Source of the DNA: Candidatus Omnitrophota bacterium | GTDB lineage: Bacteria; Omnitrophota; Gorgyraeia; Gygaellales; Profunditerraquicolaceae | Assembly (NCBI GenBank): GCA_030650425.1 | Contig: JAUSED010000003.1 | Location: 71,903 to 135,902, forward strand | Length of the DNA: 64,000 nucleotides | Reading direction: 5' to 3' | Part shown: positions 1-9,802 of the stretch, piece by piece | Position numbering within the stretch: the stretch's first letter is position 1 | Layout: the number at the start of each line of letters is the position of its first letter | The notes under the pieces: generated by a model | The model's input: only the letters and a program-made list of their open reading frames with translations | What the model was told of the DNA's origin: nothing | The model's database searches: none | Program-made: the position numbers and the translations under genes

Positions 1-954
1 ACGCTTACTATTGACGATGTAATCAAGGCAGCGGAAGAAATAACCACCATTAAACAGCGGGAGTTTCTTAAGAACAATTTAGATGTTGATTTCGCGCTGT
101 ATATGGAAGAAGTAGGCTTGAGATTCCGTGTGAGCATCTTTATGCAGAGGAACTGGCCTTCCATCGCCATAAGAAGAGTGAACAATACCGCCCAGACATT
201 CGAGGAATTGAATTTACCGGCGCCTTTCCTTAAAAAGCTCTCTATGGAGAGAGGAGGGTTGGTTTTGTTGACCGGCAGTATGGGGAGCGGCAAATCCACA
301 ACCATCGCCAGCATGCTCGACTATATTAATAAAAACGCCAGGAAACATATCCTGACCATTGAAGAGCCCATAGAATTTACTTTGAAGGATCAACAATCGC
401 TGGTGAATCAGAGGGAAATTGGCATAGACGTTACCTCATATCCGGCAGCTTTACGCGCCTTTACTTTACAGAGCCCGGACGTTTTATTTATCAGTAACAT
501 CCGTGATACCGAGACGATGAGCAGCTGCCTTAACGCGGCTGAGACCGGGGTATTGGTCTTAAGCACCCTGCATACGATTAATGCCGCGCAGACCGTTGAA
601 CGGATCATTAATTTCTTTCCTCCGTATCAGCATCAGGAGGTAAGAAATCAGCTCTCTTCTTTATTAAAAGGCGTAATCTCCTTGCGCCTTCTTCCGCTCA
701 AAGATGGGAAAGGCAGGGTTCCCGCTTATGAGGCTATGCTGCTTACGCCGACGATCAGCCGCTTGATCCGCGAAGGAAAAATCTGGGAGATACCGCAATT
801 TATCGAAGACGGCGGAATCTTTGGGATGCAGTCTTTTACCCAATCTCTGGTGAAATTAGTCAGGGAAGGCAAGATCAACGAAGAAGAGGCCATTGATTTT
901 GCCGACAGTAAAGACGAATTTATTTTAAGTTTACGAGGAATAAGAAAGAGTTAA
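1..954 (+). CDS. PilT/PilU-family type IV pilus ATPase, 5'-truncated by window edge
   Basis: Frame is open from base 1 (TLTIDDVIK...). Walker A GSMGSGKST, TIEEPIE Asp box, STLHT His box, GMQSF motif. Walker B region is degenerate (ISNIRD). Confidence 0.85.
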   Translation, partial: TLTIDDVIKAAEEITTIKQREFLKNNLDVDFALYMEEVGLRFRVSIFMQRNWPSIAIRRVNNTAQTFEELNLPAPFLKKLSMERGGLVLLTGSMGSGKSTTIASMLDYINKNARKHILTIEEPIEFTLKDQQSLVNQREIGIDVTSYPAALRAFTLQSPDVLFISNIRDTETMSSCLNAAETGVLVLSTLHTINAAQTVERIINFFPPYQHQEVRNQLSSLLKGVISLRLLPLKDGKGRVPAYEAMLLTPTISRLIREGKIWEIPQFIEDGGIFGMQSFTQSLVKLVREGKINEEEAIDFADSKDEFILSLRGIRKS

Positions 955-965
955 GGAGAAATTGA

Positions 966-2070
966 ATGTTAGACGAGATAAAATCCAAACTTAGCCGTAT
1001 CCAGATTAGCCTGGAGCAACTAAGAGGTTATCTTTGACATCGATATCAAAAGCAAGCTTATCGTTGATTTATCCGCCAAGATGTCCGAGCCCGGATTTTG
1101 GGATGATAGCGGCGATTCTACGAAAATAGTCCGGCAGCTCAAAATTCTTAAGAATACGGTTGAGCCATGGGGACTGGCCTCTAAGAAATACCAGGAGTTA
1201 CAGGAGCTTTCCGATATCGTTAGCCCCCAAGATAATGAATTAGCTTTAGATTTAAGCAAGAATGCCGATTCCCTCTTAAAGGAACTAGAGGCCTTAGAGT
1301 TTAAGACTCTTTTATCCGGAGAATTCGATCCCAACAACGCGATTCTTAGTATTAATGCCGGAGCCGGCGGAACCGAATCCTGTGATTGGGCCCAGATGCT
1401 TTTTAGGATGTACAGCCGTTTTGCGGAACACCGCGGGTGGAAAGTAAAGGCCATTGATCTGCTTTATGGTGAAGAGGCAGGGATAAAGAATGTTACAGTT
1501 TTAGTCGAAGGCGATTATGCCTATGGTTATTTGAAGGAAGAAAGGGGGGTGCATCGGTTGGTGCGCATATCTCCTTTTGACGCGAATTCGCGCAGGCATA
1601 CCTCTTTTGCCTCAGTAGATGTTATTCCGGAAGTCGAGGAAGATATAGATGTAAAGTTGGAAGAAAAAGATTTACGTATCGATGTCTACCGTTCCAAAGG
1701 CGCCGGAGGCCAGAGCGTAAACACTACGGATTCCGCGGTGCGCATTACGCACCTACCTACGGGCTTAGTCGCGCAATGCCAGAATGAGCGTTCGCAGCAT
1801 CAGAATAAACAGACGGCCTTAAAGATTTTAAAGGCGCGCGTCTATGAACTCCAGAGGCAGAAGCAGGAGGAAGAGATGCTTAAAAACTATGCCGCTTCGA
1901 AAAAGAAGATAGAATTCGGCAGTCAGATTCGTTCTTACGTTATGCATCCTTACAGCATGGTTAAAGACCACCGGACGGATTACCAGACCGGCGATGCGGC
2001 TAAGGTAATGGACGGAGGCCTGGATGAATTTATCGAGGCACACCTGAAACTCGCGAGAAAAGGAAAATAA
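966..2070 (+). CDS. prfB: Peptide chain release factor 2 with programmed +1 frameshift
   Basis: ATG 966 after AAGGAG reads MLDEIKSKL...LRGYL, then CTT TGA C at 1032-1038 with AGAGGT internal SD. The +1 frame joins ORF 1081..2070, which has SPF and GGQ motifs. Confidence 0.97.
1023..1038 (+). promoter_or_regulatory. RF2 autoregulatory frameshift site
   Basis: AGAGGT-TAT-CTT-TGA-C, the canonical prfB slippery site. Confidence 0.95.
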
Positions 2071-5018
2071 TGTTTAGTTTCATCAAGAAATCAATCTTAA
2101 ACAGCCAGCAAAGCCGGATTAGGCGTAAGGCGCCCGGGGTAAATATATCTTTACATCCGGATATGCCCCAGCCATCGATGAAGAAGATGGCCGAGGTTGC
2201 CGAACTCGTCTATGCGGTTAATGCATTAGAACCTAAGATAAACGTTTTGTCAGACGAGCAGTTAAGGGCCAGGACGCCGGAGTTTAAAGAAGCTATCCTG
2301 CGCAAGGCTAAAACTTATGAGCAGGATTTCTTAGTTTTGGAAGAAGCAATGCTATCGGTGGCCATCCCTGAGGAAAAAGAGAAACTTAAAGAAAAACTAA
2401 AATTCGCGCGCAACAGGGTCTTTGAAGATATCTTACCCGAGGCATTTGCCGTGGTCAGAGAAGCGGCAAAAAGAACCATCGGCCTGCGCCATTTTGATTC
2501 CCAGATTGCCGGCGGAATTATTTTACACGAAGGCAGGATCGCGGAGATGTCCACCGGCGAAGGAAAGACGCTGGTAGCGACTTTACCGGCGTATCTCAAC
2601 GCCCTTTTTGGCCGCGGAGTGCATATCGTTACGGTAAATGATTACCTTGCCCGGCGCGACTCAGAATGGATGGGCCCGGTCTATGAATTCCTTGGCCTAT
2701 CCGTGGGAGTGGTCCAGCACGAAATGTCCGACGAAGAAAGAAAGGCGGCTTATTCCCGCGATATTACCTATGGAACGAATAATGAATTCGGTTTTGATTA
2801 TCTGCGCGATAATATGAAGTATTCTTTGGAAGACCTGGTGCAGAGGCCTTTTTATTACGCGATTGTCGATGAAGTAGATTCAATCCTCGTTGATGAGGCG
2901 CGCACCCCGTTGATTATTAGCGGCGCGGCTGAGGAGTCCACCGGAAAATATTTTACCGCCAAGAATATCGCCGACCAATTAAAAGGAAAGCGCGTTACTG
3001 AAAAAGATGAGATAGACGCAAAATATAAAGGCATAGATTTGGGTAAGGGTTTTGATTATGTGGCGGATGAAAAGGCCCAGACTATCGCGCTTACCGATAA
3101 CGGAGAAACTAAGGCCGCCGCTCTCTGGGGAGTGGAAAGCCTGCATAATATCGAAACCATAGAATACAGGCATCATACGATCGCGGCGCTGCGGGCCAAG
3201 GAATTTTATGACCGGGATGTGGATTATGTAATTAAGGACGGCGAGGTGATTATCGTCGATGAATTTACCGGCCGGATGATGCCGGGAAGGCGCTGGTCAG
3301 ACGGCCTGCATCAGGCAGTGGAGGCGAAAGAAGGGATGAAGATCGAGCGCGAAAACCAGACCCTGGCTACGGTCACCTTCCAGAATTATTTTCGGATGTA
3401 TGAAAAATTGGCCGGGATGACCGGAACCGCCTTTACCGAGGCCAATGAATTCAAAAATATCTATCAGCTGGATGTTGTGGTGATCCCGACCAATAAACCT
3501 TTAATCCGTACGAATTACGCTGACCGGATTTATAAGACCGAAAAAGAAAAATTTGACGCGGTGGTGGAAGAGATTGTTGAGCTTTATAACGCGGGCACGC
3601 CGGTTTTGGTGGGAACGATCTCGATCGATAAATCCGAGCGCCTCTCGGAAGTACTCAAGCGCCGCGGTATAGCGCATCAAGTGCTTAATGCCAAATACCA
3701 TGAGCTGGAAGCGCAGATTGTCGCCCAGGCCGGCAGGTATAAAGCGGTGACGATTGCTACGAATATGGCTGGCCGCGGAACAGATATTCTATTAGGCGGT
3801 AACCCGGAATTTATGGCTAAAAATGTAGCCAAGCAGAAACTTAAATCCGACGATCCGCATTATCATGATGAATATAAAAAACTTATCGATAGATATAAGC
3901 AGGAGACGGATAGCGAACATAATAAAGTAGTTGAGGTTGGCGGTTTGCATGTCTTAGGGACTGAGCGGCACGAGGCGCGCAGGATTGATAACCAGTTGCG
4001 CGGCCGTTCAGGGAGGCAGGGAGATCCCGGTTCATCCAGATTTTATGTTTCTTTGTCTGATGATCTGATGCGGCTTTTCGGCTCTGACAGGTTGGTCGGA
4101 ATTATGGATAAATTAGGCTTGGAGGAAGGGCAGGTGATCGAGCACCCCTGGGTAAGCCGTTCGATTGAAATCGCCCAACGCCGGGTTGAACAGCATAATT
4201 TTGAAATAAGAAAGCAGCTTTTGGAATATGACAATGTAATGAATAAACAGAGGGAGATTATCTACGGCCAGCGCCATCAGATCTTGCAGGGTATTTCTTT
4301 AAAAGAGAGAGTGCTGGAGATTGTCGAAGGGATTATTGATAATATTATAAGTTTGCATTTTCCTGAACATTCCTCCGGAAACGAGCCGGATATAGAAGGA
4401 TTCATTCTGGCGCTAAAATCAAAATTCGGCCTGGATTTTGGCCCGGATGCAATCGATAAAATTCTCAAAACCAATTTGCAACAGGAATTATCCAACAGGC
4501 TTACCCAGTTTTATGAGAATAAAGAGAAGAATATTGGAACGGATTTAATGCGTCATTTGGAGCGGATGGTTTTTCTGCAGATTATTGATGCCAAGTGGAA
4601 AGACCATCTATACGCGATGGATAGCCTGCGCGAGGGAATAGGCCTGCGCGCCTATGGCCAGCGCGATCCCTTGGTGGAATATAAACGCGAGGCTTTTGGA
4701 ATGTTCAGCCAAATGGTCGCCTCCATCGAAGAAGAATCAGTAGATGCTATTTTTAAATTAGAGGCCAGAGGGCCGGAAAGGTTTAGCGGGGTATTTAGCT
4801 CTGTGCATCAGGAATTAGTGCACCCGGAGATTACGAAATTAGAACGCGCGCCTCAAGAGACTGGCCCGGAAGATTTTTCTAGTGTAGAAAACACTCCTGC
4901 GGTCAAGACCGTAAAATTATCCCATCCTAAAGTTGGACGCAACGATCCTTGCCCGTGCGGAGCAAAAGATCCTGTAACAGGCCATCCGATTAAATACAAA
5001 AAGTGCTGCGGTAAATGA
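2070..5018 (+). CDS. secA: Preprotein translocase ATPase SecA
   Basis: MSTGEGKT, DEVDSILVDEARTPLIISG, ATNMAGRGTDI, QLRGRSGRQGDPG, C-terminal GRNDPCPCG...KKCCG. Confidence 0.98.
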   Translation: MFSFIKKSILNSQQSRIRRKAPGVNISLHPDMPQPSMKKMAEVAELVYAVNALEPKINVLSDEQLRARTPEFKEAILRKAKTYEQDFLVLEEAMLSVAIPEEKEKLKEKLKFARNRVFEDILPEAFAVVREAAKRTIGLRHFDSQIAGGIILHEGRIAEMSTGEGKTLVATLPAYLNALFGRGVHIVTVNDYLARRDSEWMGPVYEFLGLSVGVVQHEMSDEERKAAYSRDITYGTNNEFGFDYLRDNMKYSLEDLVQRPFYYAIVDEVDSILVDEARTPLIISGAAEESTGKYFTAKNIADQLKGKRVTEKDEIDAKYKGIDLGKGFDYVADEKAQTIALTDNGETKAAALWGVESLHNIETIEYRHHTIAALRAKEFYDRDVDYVIKDGEVIIVDEFTGRMMPGRRWSDGLHQAVEAKEGMKIERENQTLATVTFQNYFRMYEKLAGMTGTAFTEANEFKNIYQLDVVVIPTNKPLIRTNYADRIYKTEKEKFDAVVEEIVELYNAGTPVLVGTISIDKSERLSEVLKRRGIAHQVLNAKYHELEAQIVAQAGRYKAVTIATNMAGRGTDILLGGNPEFMAKNVAKQKLKSDDPHYHDEYKKLIDRYKQETDSEHNKVVEVGGLHVLGTERHEARRIDNQLRGRSGRQGDPGSSRFYVSLSDDLMRLFGSDRLVGIMDKLGLEEGQVIEHPWVSRSIEIAQRRVEQHNFEIRKQLLEYDNVMNKQREIIYGQRHQILQGISLKERVLEIVEGIIDNIISLHFPEHSSGNEPDIEGFILALKSKFGLDFGPDAIDKILKTNLQQELSNRLTQFYENKEKNIGTDLMRHLERMVFLQIIDAKWKDHLYAMDSLREGIGLRAYGQRDPLVEYKREAFGMFSQMVASIEEESVDAIFKLEARGPERFSGVFSSVHQELVHPEITKLERAPQETGPEDFSSVENTPAVKTVKLSHPKVGRNDPCPCGAKDPVTGHPIKYKKCCGK

Positions 5019-6523
5019 AAAAGCAATTGATTATTGAACTAGCCTTAGCTTTGTTTTGCGGGATTCTATTGGCGGTATCATTTTCTTTTAGCCAATGCTG
5101 GATACTCGCCTGGTTTGCTTTTGTGCCGTTATTTCTGGCGCTAGATAAGCAAAACGCCAAGAAGGCTTTTTTACTCTCCTATTTATCCGGGTTAGCATTC
5201 TGGACAGGAACATTATACTGGTTGATCCATGTAACTCTCTTGGGTCAGATTCTTCTGATCTTTTATCTTGCTTTGTATTTAGGTATTTTTGGGTTTTTAC
5301 TTTCATTTATCTTTCACCATAGGCCTTCCAGCTTGCTGTTTTTTGCTCCTTCTTTATGGGTACTCTTGGAATATCTACGCAGCCATCTTCTAACTGGTTT
5401 CCCTTGGGCGCTGTTAGGTTATTCGCAATACGCGAATTTGCCGGTAATCCAAATTGCGGATATCGCCGGGGTCTGGCTGGTTTCTTTTCTGGTGATGATG
5501 GTAAATGTAGTAATTTATGTTATTGCGAGAAAGCGGCTCCAAAAACGGGATTGCTTCGCTTCGCTCGCAATGACACTGATTGTATTGCTTATTGTTTTAA
5601 CCTACGGTTATTATAAACTCTACCTAAAACCTAAAACCAAAAACCCAGCACCGATTAAGATTGCCGTAATCCAAGGAAATATCCCTCAGGAATTAAAATG
5701 GGATGCGGGGTCGAGGGAATTCGTGATGGAGAGATATTTCAAATTAACCAGCGAGGCGGTAAAAGATGGCCCGGATTTAATTATCTGGCCGGAAGCCTCT
5801 CTTCCGGTTGTCCTCGAAGACGAACCTGTTTATTATGAAAGGCTTTTGCGTTATACACAAACAATGGTAAGGCCTTTACTTTTTGGCGCAGTCACCACCA
5901 GAAATAGTTTTTATTATAATAGTGCGCTACTTTTATCCAAAGAAGGAAAGCTGCAAGAGAGGTATGATAAAGTACATCTTGTGCCTTTCGGTGAATTTAT
6001 CCCTTTGCGCAAGGTTTTTCCTTTCCTAGAAACAATCGCTCCTATTGGCGATATCGCCCCGGGTAAGGATTATACCTTGTTTAATATTCAAGATGAGGGG
6101 ACAGTAGTCCGGCATCAATTCGGCGTATTGATTTGTTTTGAGGATGTCTTTCCGGAACTCTCCCGTAGGTTTGTGAACAAGGGGGCGGATTTTCTGATTA
6201 ATATCACCAATGATGCATGGTTTGGCAGGACCCCGGAAGCTTACCAGCATTTGGCTGCTTCGGTATTCAGGGCGGTAGAGAATAGGGTGAACGTCGTGCG
6301 TTCAGCTAATACCGGTGTATCCGCTTTCATTAATCCGCAAGGCAGGATTTTGTCTTTTGTCAACGATGCAGCGGGGAATGCGATTTTTATTCCGGGCTAT
6401 CAAACTCAGGATATATCGCCGCATATCCAGCCCACTTTCTACGGCCGTTATGGAGATTTTTTGGTTGTTGGATGTTGTATGTTGATAATACTCGTTTTGA
6501 TAATCAGAAAACTTAGGGGATAG
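5015..6523 (+). CDS. lnt: Apolipoprotein N-acyltransferase
   Basis: N-terminal TM helices, then QGNI, IWPEA, K-x-HLVPFGEFIP, ICFEDVF, TNDAWF and RSANTG. Confidence 0.95.
   Translation: MKKQLIIELALALFCGILLAVSFSFSQCWILAWFAFVPLFLALDKQNAKKAFLLSYLSGLAFWTGTLYWLIHVTLLGQILLIFYLALYLGIFGFLLSFIFHHRPSSLLFFAPSLWVLLEYLRSHLLTGFPWALLGYSQYANLPVIQIADIAGVWLVSFLVMMVNVVIYVIARKRLQKRDCFASLAMTLIVLLIVLTYGYYKLYLKPKTKNPAPIKIAVIQGNIPQELKWDAGSREFVMERYFKLTSEAVKDGPDLIIWPEASLPVVLEDEPVYYERLLRYTQTMVRPLLFGAVTTRNSFYYNSALLLSKEGKLQERYDKVHLVPFGEFIPLRKVFPFLETIAPIGDIAPGKDYTLFNIQDEGTVVRHQFGVLICFEDVFPELSRRFVNKGADFLINITNDAWFGRTPEAYQHLAASVFRAVENRVNVVRSANTGVSAFINPQGRILSFVNDAAGNAIFIPGYQTQDISPHIQPTFYGRYGDFLVVGCCMLIILVLIIRKLRG
5518..5575. 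repeat. Palindromic (RPE/REP-like) element inserted in frame within lnt
   Basis: TGTTATTGCGAG...GATTGCTTCGCTTCGCTCGCAATGACA with terminal inverted repeats. Translates as VIARKRLQKRDCFASLAMT. Confidence 0.8.
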
Positions 6524-6539
6524 AAAATTCAGGAAAATT

Positions 6540-6647
6540 CAGGGGACACTTTTCAACCTCTGCAGAAAGGGACACTTTCCGTCAGGGCTCTAACTAGAAC
6601 TTCAAAAGGAAAATGTCCCTTTCTGACGCAAAGGAAAGTGTCCCCTG
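6540..6647. repeat. Nested palindromic element copy A (inverted relative to B and C)
   Basis: Outer IR CAGGGGACACTTT/AAAGTGTCCCCTG, inner IR 6563-6580/6608-6625. The 27-nt loop is the reverse complement of the loop in copies B and C. Confidence 0.9.
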
Positions 6648-6675
6648 GACCGTCCCCTGGACGGGTAGGATAAAT

Positions 6676-7818
6676 ATGTTCAACATTATTTTATTAGGCA
6701 TCACCAGTTTATTAACGGATATCTCCAGCGAAATGGTCTATCCTATCCTGCCGGTTTATCTGGTTAGCGTGCTTGGGGCCAGCCCGGCTATCTTGGGTTT
6801 AATTGAAGGTATTGCTGAAAGTCTGGCCAGCCTGCTTAAGGTTTTTTCCGGATATTTCTCGGATAAGGTCAAATTAAGGAAGCCGTTTGCGATATTCGGT
6901 TACGCGGCTTCAACCTTAGGAAAGTTTTTGCTCTTTATCTCTACGGGCTGGGGCTATGTTTTATTGGCCAGGGTAGTTGATCGTTTCGGAAAAGGGGTGC
7001 GCGTTGCTCCGCGCGATGCCCTTATCGCGGAGAGCAGCCCTGAGGGAAAAAGAGGAGCGGCCTTTGGTTTACACCGGGCAATGGATACCGCGGGAGCGGC
7101 CATCGGAGTTTTGTGCGCCTATTTTCTGATTACCCGTTACAAGGGCGAGTTTAAAAATATTTTTCTCCTTTCGCTGATACCGGCAGCCTTAGCCGTATTC
7201 ATCCTTTTTTTAGTCAAAGAAAAAAAGACCCGGCCGAAACAAGCGGCCGAAAAGATCAAATTTAAGTGGAAGGCGCTGGATAAAAGATTAAAACTCTTTT
7301 TTATCTTCACATTTATATTTACCCTGGGTAATTCTTCTAATCAATTTTTGCTTTTACGCGCCCAAAATTTGGGTAATCCCTTACCCACAGTTATTTTGCT
7401 ATATCTTGTTTATAATTTAAGCTACGCCCTTGTCGCCTATCCGGCTTCGCGCCTTTCAGATAAAATAGGGAGGAAGAAACTGCTGGTTTTGGGTTATCTA
7501 TTCTACGGCTTGGTTTATCTGGGTTTTGCCGTAAATAAATCCCCGCATAACTTCTGGTTTTTATTCGCCATTTACGGTTTGTATATCGGTTTTACCGAGG
7601 GCGTGGAAAAGGCGCTGGTGAGCGATATCGCGCCGCCGGAGCTGCGCGCCACAGCTATCGGCTTGCATGCTACGTTAATAGGCATCGGTTTATTCCCGGC
7701 GTCTTTATTGGCAGGCCTGCTTTGGAAGTTTATCGGCCCGCAAGCGGCATTTTATTTCGGCAGCCTGATGGGGTTAGCGGCGAGTATCGGTTTTTGGCGG
7801 GTTTTGAAAGGACTCTAA
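6676..7818 (+). CDS. MFS transporter
   Basis: About 12 TM helices, SGYFSDKV motif A, DRFGKGVRVAPRDALIA. Start moved to ATG 6676 because the upstream extension translates the repeat. Confidence 0.9.
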   Translation: MFNIILLGITSLLTDISSEMVYPILPVYLVSVLGASPAILGLIEGIAESLASLLKVFSGYFSDKVKLRKPFAIFGYAASTLGKFLLFISTGWGYVLLARVVDRFGKGVRVAPRDALIAESSPEGKRGAAFGLHRAMDTAGAAIGVLCAYFLITRYKGEFKNIFLLSLIPAALAVFILFLVKEKKTRPKQAAEKIKFKWKALDKRLKLFFIFTFIFTLGNSSNQFLLLRAQNLGNPLPTVILLYLVYNLSYALVAYPASRLSDKIGRKKLLVLGYLFYGLVYLGFAVNKSPHNFWFLFAIYGLYIGFTEGVEKALVSDIAPPELRATAIGLHATLIGIGLFPASLLAGLLWKFIGPQAAFYFGSLMGLAASIGFWRVLKGL

Positions 7819-7838
7819 AATTTGAAAGGATTATAAAT

Positions 7839-9230
7839 ATGTTAAGAAAAAAAATTATTCTGACACTCTTGGTTATCTACCTTACAGCTGGGAGAGGTTT
7901 GGCTTGGGCGCAGGAGATGGGTAAAATCGAGGCCTTTACACAGTTAGATCGGGTGCTTATACTCGCTCCGCACCCGGATGACGAAAGTATCGCCTGCGCC
8001 GGCATAATTCAACAGGCAAAAAAAGCAGGCGCGGAAGTAAGGGTGCTTTATTTGACCAACGGCGATAATAATGAGTTTGCCTTTATTGTTTACGAGAAAA
8101 GGCTGACTTTTAAGAAAGGCGAATTTATTCATATGGGGCAGGTGCGCCGGCAGGAAGCCGTTAAGGCTATGAAATTGCTTGGAGTGGATGAAAACAAACT
8201 CGTATTTTTAGGTTATCCTGATTTTGGCACTTTCGCCATCTTTAGCAAATATTGGCAGAAAAATAAGCCGTTTAGAAGCATGCTTACGCGGGTAACCAGT
8301 GTACCTTATAAAAACGACTTGTCTTTCGGCGCCCCGTATATTGGAGAAAGCATTTTGAATGATCTGGATAAAATTATCCTTGATTACAAGCCGACAAAGA
8401 TTTTTGTTTCGCATCCGGCGGATTTAAACGTGGATCACCGGGCGCTCTATTTATTCCTACAAATATCTTTGCGGGGTTTAAGAAATAAAATACCCCAGCC
8501 GAAAGTCTATGCTTATTTGGTCCACACTAAAGGCTGGCCGAAACCCCGGCATTATCATCCTGAGTTGAAGCTAGAGCCGCCGAAGAGTTTCGCGGATTCT
8601 CAAATTAACTGGTCAAGGCTTGATTTAACTCCGGAAGCGCTGGAGCGCAAACACCAATCTATCCTTTGCTATAAGAGCCAGACACAATCAAGCGCTTTTT
8701 ATCTCTTGTCCTTTGCACGAGCTAATGAATTATTCGGGGATTATCCCGAAATTGAATTGAGCAGGCAGGTTTCTCTCAAGGAGCGCGCTCCCGCGTTCTT
8801 TGGTTTCTCTAAGATGTATGCCGGCTCAAGCGCCGAAGACGTTCCTGCCGATGATAACCTGATCGAAGGGGAAGGAGAGGTAGGCTATGCCATAGTGGAT
8901 AACTGCCTGCTTATCCGCGCGGCCAAAGATAAGGGATTGACCCGCAGGTTAAATTTAATACTTTATATTTTCGGATTTAGCGATAAAACTGATTTTGCCT
9001 CTATGCCTAAAATACGCGTGCTCACCCGCCGCGGAAAATTTAGAGTTTACGACGGAAAAAGAATGATTAATCCGGAGGGAACCCGTTTGAATTTAAGCCC
9101 GGACGGTTTAGTCTTACATATACCGCTGGCTATTCTGGGCAATCCTGATTTTATACTTACTTCGGTAAGGGCCTACGGAGGAAAACTTAGCCCGGCTGCC
9201 ACAGGTTTTCGCAGGATAGTCATTAAATAA
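7839..9230 (+). CDS. Exported PIG-L/LmbE family deacetylase with C-terminal extension
   Basis: Signal peptide MLRKKIIL...AWA, APHPDDE, TNGD, RRQEA, LGYPD, HPADLNVDH. Confidence 0.85.
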   Translation: MLRKKIILTLLVIYLTAGRGLAWAQEMGKIEAFTQLDRVLILAPHPDDESIACAGIIQQAKKAGAEVRVLYLTNGDNNEFAFIVYEKRLTFKKGEFIHMGQVRRQEAVKAMKLLGVDENKLVFLGYPDFGTFAIFSKYWQKNKPFRSMLTRVTSVPYKNDLSFGAPYIGESILNDLDKIILDYKPTKIFVSHPADLNVDHRALYLFLQISLRGLRNKIPQPKVYAYLVHTKGWPKPRHYHPELKLEPPKSFADSQINWSRLDLTPEALERKHQSILCYKSQTQSSAFYLLSFARANELFGDYPEIELSRQVSLKERAPAFFGFSKMYAGSSAEDVPADDNLIEGEGEVGYAIVDNCLLIRAAKDKGLTRRLNLILYIFGFSDKTDFASMPKIRVLTRRGKFRVYDGKRMINPEGTRLNLSPDGLVLHIPLAILGNPDFILTSVRAYGGKLSPAATGFRRIVIK

Positions 9231-9265
9231 ACGGTGAATGTGACAAGGTAAAAGGAGCGATTGCC

Positions 9266-9751
9266 ATGCTGGAACTAAAATTAATTGAAATAAAGAAACC
9301 GGAAGATGTCAATTTAATCTTGGGGCAGAGCCATTTTATTAAAACAGTAGAAGATATTTATGAGGTTTTGGTGAATAACGTCCCGGGTATAAAATTCGGT
9401 TTGGCTTTTGTTGAGTCAAGCGGCGCCTGTAAGGTCAGGGTTGAAGGGAACGATCCGGAGTTAAAAGAGCTTGCCGCGAAGAACAGCCTTGAAATAGGAG
9501 CAGGGCATTCCTTTATTATCCTTATGCGGAATGCCTTTCCGATCAATGTGCTTAACGGGATCAAGAATATTCCGGAAGTATGCAATATATACTGCGCAAC
9601 AGCCAATCCCTTAAAAGTTATTCTGGCTCAAACAGAAGATGGCTCCGGGATACTTGGGGTAATTGACGGCGCCAGTCCTAAGGGGATAGAGGATCAGGCG
9701 GATATGGCCTGGCGTAAAGATTTCTTGCGTAAAGTCGGATATAAGCTATAA
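9266..9751 (+). CDS. Adenosine-specific kinase family (DUF355) protein
   Basis: ILGQSHFIKTVEDIYE, CATANP, GILGVIDG, RKDFLRKVGYK. Confidence 0.85.
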   Translation: MLELKLIEIKKPEDVNLILGQSHFIKTVEDIYEVLVNNVPGIKFGLAFVESSGACKVRVEGNDPELKELAAKNSLEIGAGHSFIILMRNAFPINVLNGIKNIPEVCNIYCATANPLKVILAQTEDGSGILGVIDGASPKGIEDQADMAWRKDFLRKVGYKL

Positions 9752-9757
9752 TCTTTC

Positions 9758-9785
9758 TTGCAAATTAAGGCCGCGTTGGTATAAT
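9758..9785 (+). promoter_or_regulatory. Sigma70-type promoter
   Basis: TTGCAA-16 nt-TATAAT upstream of the acyltransferase. Confidence 0.55.
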
Positions 9786-9802
9786 TTATTCGAAAAGGAA
9801 GT

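Noticed and set aside
966-1080. prfB as a pseudogene or N-terminally short gene
   Set aside because: The in-frame TGA is the canonical CTT-TGA-C programmed frameshift.
5623-5650. CTAAAAC heptamer-like run in lnt (and TAGTGAA-like run near 30590)
   Set aside because: Only 2-3 degenerate units, too short to call a repeat locus.
6613-6675. N-terminal ORF extensions at 6613, 11731 and 49598, and antisense ORFs 10638-10997 and 11508-11693
   Set aside because: They are translations of the palindromic repeats (e.g. KIEPSP, MSPTAVRKVSP). Better starts lie downstream.
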